A DNA stretch of 64,000 bases from Lachnospiraceae bacterium. Its GTDB lineage: Bacteria; Bacillota; Clostridia; TANB77; CAG-508. Positions 8,629 to 17,167 of this stretch are shown here, in pieces (within the stretch, counting starts at the first letter, position 1; each line of letters starts with the position of its first letter). The translations under genes and the position numbers were made by a program. The stretch covers positions 2,930 through 66,929 of the forward strand of contig CAVFFZ010000005.1 in assembly GCA_963621995.1 (NCBI GenBank), read 5' to 3'. Under the pieces are notes generated by a model, which was not told where the DNA came from, ran no database searches, and saw only the letters and a list, made by a program, of their open reading frames with translations.

Positions 8629-10338
8629 ATGGATGAATTATTAACTGCAGAAACTAAAAATTTTCAATCTATAATGACAGAATCAAGAAAATTAAAAATA
8701 CCACAATATCAAAGAGATTATTCGTGGAGTGAGGAACAATGGGAAGAACTATTCAACGATATATTAAAAGGAAAAAAGAATAAAAATAAACATTATATGG
8801 GGGCATTAGTATTTATAAATAGAAAAGATAATATACTAGAAGTTGTTGATGGACAGCAAAGATTAACAACAATTGCAATAATGATACATTCTGTTATTAA
8901 ATTTATTAATTATTTAGTAGAAAGTGAAATAAATAAAGAAGAAAATTTAGAAAGAATAAATATTATAAAATCTTATATTGGAAAAAAATCGAGTAAAGAT
9001 CTTACTTGGGAAAACAGATTAGAATTAAATGAAGAAAATAATATTTTTTATAACACATATATAATGAATTTTGAACAAATAACCTCAATTCCAGAAAAAA
9101 TTTCATCAAGTAATAAATTATTGATAAATTGTCAAAATTATTATTATAAAAAAATTCTTGAATATGCTGACATTAAAGATATAAATAAAATTACAGATAA
9201 AAAATTATTTAAAATTATGGAATTAATAGATTATATTGTTGAGAACTTAGTATTTGTAAAAATAGTTGCAACTAATGAATTAAGTGCATATACGATATTT
9301 GAAACTTTAAATGATAGAGGAATAGATTTGTCAATAACAGACTTATTAAAAAATTATTTATTATCACTTTTTCAAAGAAAAAATGATCAGAAATTTGCTA
9401 AAAATAGATGGGATAGTATAGTTGAAAAAGTTGAATTAAAAAATTTTCCGACTTTTTTAAGATATTATTGGATGATTGGTAATAAGGCTATGAAAAAAGA
9501 TGAATTATTTAAAGCTATACGAAACTATATTAAAGATAGAAAGTCGGCTTTAGCATTCTTAAATGAATTAGATGAATATGCTGAAATTTTTTCAGCACTT
9601 CAAGACGAAACATCATATTACTGGAATGACAAAAAGAGTCTAAAAGACATAGTACTAAATTTACATATATTAAAAGTAAAACAATGTTATCCACTATTAA
9701 TGGTTACTTTAAAAAAATTTCCGTCAAAATACTGGATAAATATATTTAGGGCATGTGAAAATATATCTTTTAGATATTTAACAATTTGTGGTAAAAATCC
9801 AAATACTCTTGAAGACATATATAATAAAGTATGTAATAAAATTATTATAGGAGATATAAGCAATTACAGTGATATAAAAAAAGAATTGAATAAAATATAT
9901 ATACAGGATGAAGAGTTTTATAATGATTTCATTAATAAAACAATAAATACAAAAGGAAATCAGAGAATTGCTAAGTATATTTTGATAAAATTAAATACTC
10001 ATATTTCTACTGAAAAAATTGATTTAGATATAAATAAAAATAGTCTTACATTAGAACATATATTGCCAGAAACTCCAACTAATTATTGGAGCGAAATTTT
10101 TCCAAAAGATATAATAGATGACTATATTTATAAGATTGGAAATTTTACATTATTGTCTCAAAAAAGAAATCAAAATATTGCTAATAGTGATTTTAATAAA
10201 AAAATAGAAATATATAGTAAAAGTGAAATATTAATTACAAAGAATGTTTCAAAATATTATACTGAATGGAATAAAAACAACATAGACAGAAGACAAATGT
10301 TTATGGCAGAAAAAGCTAAAGACATCTGGAAAATATAG
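8629..10338 (+). CDS. DUF262 + DUF1524 protein (GmrSD-family type IV restriction nuclease-like)
   Basis: N-terminal IPQYQRDYSW and DGQQRLTT (ParB-like DUF262). C-terminal LEHILPE...GNFTLLSQKRNQNIAN (His-Me finger DUF1524). Confidence 0.8.
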   Translation: MDELLTAETKNFQSIMTESRKLKIPQYQRDYSWSEEQWEELFNDILKGKKNKNKHYMGALVFINRKDNILEVVDGQQRLTTIAIMIHSVIKFINYLVESEINKEENLERINIIKSYIGKKSSKDLTWENRLELNEENNIFYNTYIMNFEQITSIPEKISSSNKLLINCQNYYYKKILEYADIKDINKITDKKLFKIMELIDYIVENLVFVKIVATNELSAYTIFETLNDRGIDLSITDLLKNYLLSLFQRKNDQKFAKNRWDSIVEKVELKNFPTFLRYYWMIGNKAMKKDELFKAIRNYIKDRKSALAFLNELDEYAEIFSALQDETSYYWNDKKSLKDIVLNLHILKVKQCYPLLMVTLKKFPSKYWINIFRACENISFRYLTICGKNPNTLEDIYNKVCNKIIIGDISNYSDIKKELNKIYIQDEEFYNDFINKTINTKGNQRIAKYILIKLNTHISTEKIDLDINKNSLTLEHILPETPTNYWSEIFPKDIIDDYIYKIGNFTLLSQKRNQNIANSDFNKKIEIYSKSEILITKNVSKYYTEWNKNNIDRRQMFMAEKAKDIWKI

Positions 10339-10339
10339 A

Positions 10340-10361
10340 AAAAGCCCAATAGGGCTTTTTT
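10340..10361. terminator. Bidirectional terminator between convergent genes
   Basis: AAAAAGCCC-AATA-GGGCTTTTTT. Confidence 0.8.
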
Positions 10362-10649
10362 CTACACCAACTTAACCTCCTCCATCACAAACTCATCCAC
10401 CATCTCCTGAATCATATTCAAATACCTAACTTGCTCAACAAAACTCTCATTCTCAGAAGGAGCAGGAAACTTTTCTCTAAGTTCAAACTCAACCAAATTA
10501 GCATAACTCTTCAAATGATATTCAAACTCCAACAAATAATCCATAACAGAACCATCCATAACCAAACGAGAAAACTTAAAAGGCTTATACTCTTCCAAAT
10601 ACTTCTTAGCACAAACACCATATTTACCTAGTTTCAAATTTACCACCAC
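10362..10649 (-). CDS. TnpV-like transposon-associated small protein
   Basis: LGKYGVCAKKYLEEYKPFKF..L..G...DYL, then an acidic helical tail. This matches the GKYG..R.KYLKEH.P pattern I remember for clostridial TnpV proteins. Confidence 0.5.
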   Translation of the reverse strand: MVVNLKLGKYGVCAKKYLEEYKPFKFSRLVMDGSVMDYLLEFEYHLKSYANLVEFELREKFPAPSENESFVEQVRYLNMIQEMVDEFVMEEVKLV

Positions 10650-10947
10650 CCAAACTCATAATAACTAAATTCAAGCAATCACCAAAACCAGCCCTATAAT
10701 ATTTATCATTCCAATAACCAATATAATCAAGATAATTCTCATCAAGCTTGTCCAATTGCCTTTGAACATACTTCTTATTACAACTTGCAACATTTTTCAA
10801 AATATTATCACAATACTTATCAAATTCAATTAAATGTCCTTTATCTTCTTCAGTAATTTTGCTCAAACACTCATCTCTAAAAATTATCCATTCTTTCATC
10901 AAATCATTAACTTTATTATCTAAATCCATAAAAATCATTCCTTTCAA
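10624..10947 (-). CDS. Hypothetical protein (107 aa) overlapping the TnpV-like ORF by 26 nt
   Basis: ORF with coding-like composition and no recognisable motif. It could be the N-terminal part of a frameshifted fusion with 10362-10649. Confidence 0.4.
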   Translation of the reverse strand: MKGMIFMDLDNKVNDLMKEWIIFRDECLSKITEEDKGHLIEFDKYCDNILKNVASCNKKYVQRQLDKLDENYLDYIGYWNDKYYRAGFGDCLNLVIMSLGGGKFETR

Positions 10948-11109
10948 AATTTAATCAAAAATCTAAAATAGTCATAAAAATTTATTAAAAAACTAATCAA
11001 AATCGTAAAAAAATAAATTTAATTGCTATTTAAAATCAAATGTAATTATTAGAAAATTCCTAAAACTTTCTAATAAAAATCAAACGAAATTAATACAAAT
11101 CTCCTAAAA

Positions 11110-11168
11110 TCTCCCAACAAAAATTGGGGAGAAATTGGGGATCAAATTCTCAAAATCACCCCAATTTT
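11110..11168. promoter_or_regulatory. Two adjacent hairpins built from AATTGGGG(A) / CCCCAATT elements. Alternative pairings are possible.
   Basis: TCTCCCAA-N6-TTGGGGAGA (11110-11132) and AAATTGGGG-N18-CCCCAATTT (11132-11167). On the minus strand the first reads as stem + UUUU. Confidence 0.3.
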
Positions 11169-11472
11169 AACAAAATTGCACACTAAATAAAAAAACAGAA
11201 AAGCACTAATATCACTAGCATACAATACAATTCAACATATCCAATAAAATATGTTATGTAACCCTCATAACCCGAAGGCCTACACTCACACAAATCACCA
11301 TTAAAAAACAAAACTGAATCCAATTAATCTTACACAAAAATAACAAAAATTATATGATATAATAAACAAAACCACAATATAAAAACATTTAAAAAAAGAA
11401 AAACAAAAAGAAATATAAAAAATAAGAAAACAAAATATGCAATTATAGGGTAAAAAAAATATGGAGTAAAAT

Positions 11473-12459
11473 ATGGAAAGGTTTGAAATAAGATCTAAAA
11501 TCTTTAAAAAATATCACTTAGTAAACGGACAAAAAATTACAATAAAACAACTTAAAAAAATTTCAGAAAACGAAAAAATTGAATTAAAAGATTTAATACT
11601 AATATTAAACTGTTATAAAAATGCAAAATATAAAAATCTAGAATCTTGGACTACTATAAAAATAAAACAAGAATGTACAAAAAGAGAAATAGTAAACCTA
11701 ATAAAAATTGAGTTAAAATATCTACCGCAATATGGTAGTAGAATGTATAGTAAGAAAGAATTAAACAATATATGTCAAAAATATAGAATCAATATTGATG
11801 ACTTTTTAACCTATGTATATAAATATAAAATTTGCTATTATGAAAATGCTTATATTCTATCAATGAATAAAAATGGAATTTGGATAGGAGAAAATACAAA
11901 ATTATCAGTTGAATTTTTGAATGATAATTATTTGAAACTATATAAAAAAGTAGAAAAAATTGCAAATAAAATGTCAATTTTGTATAATTCTAAAATAACA
12001 AAAGATGAAATGATAGATGTAGGAATAAATTATATTTTAGACCAAGGAAGAATAGAAAAAAATATGTCTTTTAATAATGAAAGAGCTATTGGAAAATTAG
12101 TTTATAAAGCGAAATACAAAATGTTAGAACAAGTAATAAAAGCATTTAAAGAAAGTAACTTAGATGATATTATGGATTTCATGGGAGATTACGATAAAGT
12201 AGAGCAAAAGAGTAAAATAGATAATTGGTTATATACAATAAAATGGAGAAAAATTGAAAGAATAATTATTGATAGTATCCAAACAAATATAGAAGAAATT
12301 ATAAAAAATAGAAAGTGCGGACTGCGTATGCTAGCTAAAAGATTAAATATGGAGTATAAAGAACTTTATCAAAACATAGAAAATATTTCTGAAAAATTAA
12401 TAAAAGGAAATAAGGCAAAGGTTTGTAGAGATGGAAGGGTAGTGATTATGAATGAATAA
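11473..12459 (+). CDS. Hypothetical cytosolic protein (328 aa), possibly HTH/sigma-like. First gene of a coupled three-gene operon.
   Basis: No catalytic motif. The C-terminal segment GLRMLAKRLNMEYKELYQNIENISEKL looks like an HTH. Its stop overlaps the next start by 8 nt. Confidence 0.45.
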   Translation: MERFEIRSKIFKKYHLVNGQKITIKQLKKISENEKIELKDLILILNCYKNAKYKNLESWTTIKIKQECTKREIVNLIKIELKYLPQYGSRMYSKKELNNICQKYRINIDDFLTYVYKYKICYYENAYILSMNKNGIWIGENTKLSVEFLNDNYLKLYKKVEKIANKMSILYNSKITKDEMIDVGINYILDQGRIEKNMSFNNERAIGKLVYKAKYKMLEQVIKAFKESNLDDIMDFMGDYDKVEQKSKIDNWLYTIKWRKIERIIIDSIQTNIEEIIKNRKCGLRMLAKRLNMEYKELYQNIENISEKLIKGNKAKVCRDGRVVIMNE

Positions 12460-12859
12460 ATATAAAATAAAAGGTACTAAAGTAACAGATGAAATAATAA
12501 GAATATTTGAAGAAAATAGTTTAAAAGTAATGACAATTAAAGACATGAGAAGTGTTGTAAATAAAATAATTATAGTAGGTATCTTTTATTTTTGTATTTC
12601 TTTTATATTAGAAAAAATACCATTAGCCAATCTAATATTTTTAGCTATTTTTGTATTCGTAACTATTGGATATATGTTTATCAAATTTAATAATATTTTA
12701 TATTTTAGAAGTAATAAAATAGGAAGTAAACCATATAAAATTTTTTCAAAGAATAAATATTATGAAATTAACAAACATAATAGAAAAATAATTTCAAAGA
12801 GTGAAGTTAAATTAATAAAAAAGATTTTAAAAAGTAATAATATGTATAATATTGAGTGA
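12452..12859 (+). CDS. Small membrane protein (135 aa, two predicted TM helices)
   Basis: Hydrophobic stretches IIIVGIFYFCISFIL and LANLIFLAIFVFVTIGYMFI. Translationally coupled on both sides. Confidence 0.5.
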   Translation: MNKYKIKGTKVTDEIIRIFEENSLKVMTIKDMRSVVNKIIIVGIFYFCISFILEKIPLANLIFLAIFVFVTIGYMFIKFNNILYFRSNKIGSKPYKIFSKNKYYEINKHNRKIISKSEVKLIKKILKSNNMYNIE

Positions 12860-13213
12860 ATGAAAGAATTAAGAGATTACTTTAAATATAACAAGAAGAC
12901 CGATAAATATGATGAAGCAGGATTTGCACAAATAGTAGTAGGAATGTATGTAATTCCAATTACTTTCAATATAATTAGCATATATACTGCAATAAGTAAA
13001 AATGAATTGCAAAAAAATATCATAGATATTGGTTACATTATAGTTTTTGCAATTACAGTAGTTGCAATTATATACATAATATACATTATAAAGAAAATAA
13101 AAATGTTATCAATTACTAATTCATATACATATCCAATTTTTATAGAGACTTTAACTGATTTTATTATATTAGAATCTAGAGAAAGTAAAGAGGTTCTAAG
13201 AATTAAAGGATAA
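12860..13213 (+). CDS. Small membrane protein (117 aa, two predicted TM helices)
   Basis: Hydrophobic stretches FAQIVVGMYVIPITFNIISIYTAI and IGYIIVFAITVVAIIYIIYII. The ATG directly abuts the previous TGA. Confidence 0.5.
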   Translation: MKELRDYFKYNKKTDKYDEAGFAQIVVGMYVIPITFNIISIYTAISKNELQKNIIDIGYIIVFAITVVAIIYIIYIIKKIKMLSITNSYTYPIFIETLTDFIILESRESKEVLRIKG

Positions 13214-13388
13214 ATGCTACCGACTTTTTATTAATTATATTATTTTATAGTTATCTAAAATAATCAATAATATAAAAATATAGAAATAATCATATTTAAT
13301 GACAAATTTCGACAAAAAATACAATATAAATATGTTAAATTAAAATCATATAGTATTGAGCAAAAAATAGTAAAAGAGGAACAAAAAT

Positions 13389-15680
13389 ATGGAAAAATTA
13401 GACGAAAATAAGTATATTAGTTATAATGAATATGAAAATTTCTGCAAAAGTAACAATATAGAAGAAGACAAGGACTTGTTAAATAGAAAAAATAATAAAT
13501 TTATTGAAGAAAAACTAGTCGAATTTAAAGAATATTTTGATCATATTTTTACAGATGTAGGAGAAAATATAAATTTAGATGAAGAGCAAAGAAAAATTAT
13601 TCTAAGAGATGATGACTATTGTTTAATAAATGCAGGGGCTGGATCAGGTAAGAGTACAACTATGGCTGCAAAGGTAAAATATTTAGTAGATAAATTAAAT
13701 ATTAAACCAGAGGAAATAATAATGCTAACATTTACAAAAAAATCTAGTGAAGATTTAGATGAAAAGGTAAATGCTTCATTAGATCTAGGAATACCTGTTT
13801 CTACATTTCATTCATTAGGAATGAAATTTATAAAAAAATTTTATCCATATCCAATTCAAGTAGTAGGAGCAGATGAACAAAAACAGATTATTTGCAATTA
13901 TATTAAAGAATTATTTAAAGATAAGGCTAAGTTAAAAGAATTAGTTGAATTATTTCAAAAATATGAAGACAAAAGTTATATTGCAAAAGGATTTATAGAA
14001 AACTTTGAAAAATTTGATACATTTGAAAAATATTTTGAAGATTATAAAAAAAGAAAATATTTAGCAGAAAATAATAAAGTAGGTGGAATACATCAATATT
14101 TAATAAATAGATTAAGTTTAAGAAATTCACTTTACACAATTAAGGGAGAAAAGGTAAAATCAATAGGTGAAGTTAGAATTGCAAATTTCCTATATATTAA
14201 TGGTATAGATTACTCATATGAAAAAATATATGAGGAGAAAGTTAATGAAGATACAACATATGTTCCGGATTTTACAATAGAATATCAAGGGAAGAATATT
14301 TATATAGAATATTTTGGATTATCAACTTGTTATAATGAAAAAAATGAGCTTAATAGAAAGGAAATTGCAAAATATAATAGGACAAGAAAAATTAAAGAAA
14401 GATTTCAAGAAGGCAATAATAATGATTTTATCAATTTAGATTATAAAACACCAGACGGAGGTTTTATAACAACATTAGAACGAGAATTGTTAAGCAGAAA
14501 TATCAAATTTGAAAGAAAAAATGATAAAGAAATTTTTGATAGAATTTTAGATAACAACTTAAATGCTGAATTTTTTAGATTTACTGATTTAGTAATAAAT
14601 TTTATAAATATTTTTAAAAATATGTTAGTAGATGACGAAAACTATATGTTTAATAAAAGAATGTCTGAAATTAAAGAAGAAAATTTTAAATATTACTATT
14701 ATTATGAAAACAGACAAAAAGAAGCTGAATCTAGAATAAAGGCATTAGAATATTTAAAAGAAATTTATAAGTATTACCAACAATATCTATCAGATAAACA
14801 TATGATAGATTATAGTGATATGATTAATATTTCTTATAAACATATAATAAAAGAAGTTAAAAATAAATATTCAGAGTTAAATTATAAATATATTATAGTA
14901 GATGAATATCAAGATATTACATTTCAAAGATTTTTATTTGTAAAAAGATTAATAGAATATTTTGATGCTAAACTAATTGCAGTTGGTGATGATTGGCAAT
15001 CTATTTATGCTTTTGCAGGTTCGAGATTAGAACTATTTAATAAATTTAGTGAACTATTTTTAAATTCAAAGGATGATATGTATCTTTCAACAACATATAG
15101 ATATGGACAAGAATTAGCAGATATAACGAGTAAATTTATTCTTGAAAATTATGAACAAAGTAGGAAAAATATAAAATCAGTAAAAAATTTAGCGCATCCT
15201 ATAGAACTTTGTGAATATAGTGGATATGAAGAATATGAGGAAATAAATAAGATAGTACATAAGTTATATATGGAAAATAAAAATGATAATATTTTAATTT
15301 TAGCTAGGACTAATGAATGCTTAAATAAATTAGCAAAAAGTGAATTTTTTACAAAAGGAATAAACGATGTATTAATATGTAAAGAATTACCGGATGCTAA
15401 AATAGAAGCATTAACTATGCATCGTTCAAAAGGATTGACATCAGATCAAGTAATAGTATTTGGATTGAGGGAAAAATTATTTCCAAGCAAAGGTAGACCA
15501 TCTCATTGGATATTCGAATATTTTAAACTAGATTCAATAAGTGAACAAATGCCATTCGCAGAAGAAAGAAGATTATTTTATGTGGCATTAACAAGAACTA
15601 GAAATAAAGTTTATTTAGTAGTTCCTAATAATAGAATTAATAAAAGTGAGTTCATTAATGAACTTGAAGAGATGCTATAA
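13389..15680 (+). CDS. SF1 UvrD/Rep/helicase IV-like helicase with an inserted PD-(D/E)xK/Vsr-like nuclease-type segment
   Basis: Helicase motifs NAGAGSGKSTT (I), IIVDEYQD (II), VGDDWQSIYAFAGS (III), TYRYG (IV), TMHRSKGL (V) and FYVALTRTRNKVYL (VI). Between I and II lies E..IANFLYINGIDYSYE...YVPDFTIEY...IYIEYFG. Confidence 0.75.
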   Translation: MEKLDENKYISYNEYENFCKSNNIEEDKDLLNRKNNKFIEEKLVEFKEYFDHIFTDVGENINLDEEQRKIILRDDDYCLINAGAGSGKSTTMAAKVKYLVDKLNIKPEEIIMLTFTKKSSEDLDEKVNASLDLGIPVSTFHSLGMKFIKKFYPYPIQVVGADEQKQIICNYIKELFKDKAKLKELVELFQKYEDKSYIAKGFIENFEKFDTFEKYFEDYKKRKYLAENNKVGGIHQYLINRLSLRNSLYTIKGEKVKSIGEVRIANFLYINGIDYSYEKIYEEKVNEDTTYVPDFTIEYQGKNIYIEYFGLSTCYNEKNELNRKEIAKYNRTRKIKERFQEGNNNDFINLDYKTPDGGFITTLERELLSRNIKFERKNDKEIFDRILDNNLNAEFFRFTDLVINFINIFKNMLVDDENYMFNKRMSEIKEENFKYYYYYENRQKEAESRIKALEYLKEIYKYYQQYLSDKHMIDYSDMINISYKHIIKEVKNKYSELNYKYIIVDEYQDITFQRFLFVKRLIEYFDAKLIAVGDDWQSIYAFAGSRLELFNKFSELFLNSKDDMYLSTTYRYGQELADITSKFILENYEQSRKNIKSVKNLAHPIELCEYSGYEEYEEINKIVHKLYMENKNDNILILARTNECLNKLAKSEFFTKGINDVLICKELPDAKIEALTMHRSKGLTSDQVIVFGLREKLFPSKGRPSHWIFEYFKLDSISEQMPFAEERRLFYVALTRTRNKVYLVVPNNRINKSEFINELEEML

Positions 15681-15878
15681 AAACACTAAAATTTTAAAAT
15701 TTATAAAAAAAGACTTAGTAAAAAAAGAAAAAACTTTAACTAAAAAAGAAATTAAAAAGTCTAAAACTTTTGAGTTTTGTGAAAAAAATCATAAGGCTCA
15801 AAACTTTTTTCATAATTTTGAAAAAACTTGACTATAATAATAAAAGATAGTATAATTATTATAGTTAGGAGGAGATTT

Positions 15879-17108
15879 ATGGAAAGAATAAGTAGAGAAA
15901 ATTATTTATCTATATTAAAAAATTTCAAAGATCAACAAATAATAAAAGTTATTACAGGAATAAGAAGATGTGGGAAATCAACATTACTTGAAATTTTTCA
16001 AGATTACTTAAAAGAAACTGGAGTAGAAGAAAAACAAATAATATCAATAAATTTTGAAAATGCAGATTATGAGGAATTACAAGACAGAAAGAAATTATAT
16101 GAATATATAAAAGAAAGATTAGTAAAAGGAAAAAAGACATACGTTTTTCTAGATGAAATTCAAAATGTAAAAGAATTTGAAAAAACAGTAGATAGCCTAT
16201 TTATAAATAAAGATGTAGACTTATATATAACAGGTTCAAATGCATATTTATTATCTTCAGAATTAGCAACATTGCTTACAGGAAGATATATAGAAATAAA
16301 AATGTTGCCATTATCGTTTAAAGAATATTTATCAAGCTTTGAAGATAAAACAGACTTGTCAAGAAAATTTAGAGATTATCTAAAATATAGTTCATTTCCT
16401 CAAGCAATTGAATTATATAAAATAAACCCAGAAAACATAAATTTATTTTTAGATGGAATATATAATACTATTTTGTTTAAAGATGTAATGCAAAGAAAAG
16501 GAATAACAGATAAGAATGTCTTAGAAAGAGTTACAAAATATTTGTATGACAACATAGGCAATAGAACAAGTATGAAAAGCATAAGTGATAATATTGAAGG
16601 AATAGAAAAAAATTCATCATATAATACAATTTCAAACTATGTAGATGCATTAATAGATAGTTACTTAATATTTAAAGCCAACAGATATGATATTAAAGGA
16701 AAAGAGTTTTTAAAAACTCAAGAAAAATATTATGCAATAGATATAGGATTAAGATATTATATGTTAGGACAAGGCTCTGGTCGAGATATGGGACATATAT
16801 TAGAAAATATTGTGTATCTTGAATTGTTGAGACGAGGATATGAAGTATATATAGGAAAATATGATGATTTAGAAGTTGACTTTGTAGCAAGAAAGCCAGA
16901 AAATATTATATATTATCAAGTTGCACTTACAACTAGAGGAGAAAATGAAGAGGACAATAAAATACTAGAAAGAGAATTAACTCCATTGAAGAAAATAAAT
17001 GATAATTATCCTAAATACATTTTGACATTAGATGATGATTTAGATGCTGATTTTGATGGAATAAAGAAGATAAATGTGTTGGATTGGTTATTGGAAGATA
17101 AAAGGTAA
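15879..17108 (+). CDS. AAA-type ATPase with DUF4143-like C-terminal domain
   Basis: Walker A TGIRRCGKSTL and Walker B YVFLDEIQ. C-terminal LE..VY.EL.RRGYEVYIGK....EVDFVA (restriction-endonuclease-like fold typical of DUF4143 proteins). Own promoter TTGACT-N17-TATAAT and RBS AGGAGGAG before ATG 15879. Confidence 0.75.
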   Translation: MERISRENYLSILKNFKDQQIIKVITGIRRCGKSTLLEIFQDYLKETGVEEKQIISINFENADYEELQDRKKLYEYIKERLVKGKKTYVFLDEIQNVKEFEKTVDSLFINKDVDLYITGSNAYLLSSELATLLTGRYIEIKMLPLSFKEYLSSFEDKTDLSRKFRDYLKYSSFPQAIELYKINPENINLFLDGIYNTILFKDVMQRKGITDKNVLERVTKYLYDNIGNRTSMKSISDNIEGIEKNSSYNTISNYVDALIDSYLIFKANRYDIKGKEFLKTQEKYYAIDIGLRYYMLGQGSGRDMGHILENIVYLELLRRGYEVYIGKYDDLEVDFVARKPENIIYYQVALTTRGENEEDNKILERELTPLKKINDNYPKYILTLDDDLDADFDGIKKINVLDWLLEDKR

Positions 17109-17167
17109 AATTTATATTGATATAATTATGTAAAATAATAAAGAAAAATTAGTAGAAGGAGTAAATT

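Noticed and set aside
15646-15831. 61-aa Lys-rich ORF between the helicase and the DUF4143 ATPase
   Set aside because: It overlaps the helicase's 3' end, has no RBS, is low complexity, and covers the promoter (TTGACT-N17-TATAAT) of the next gene.
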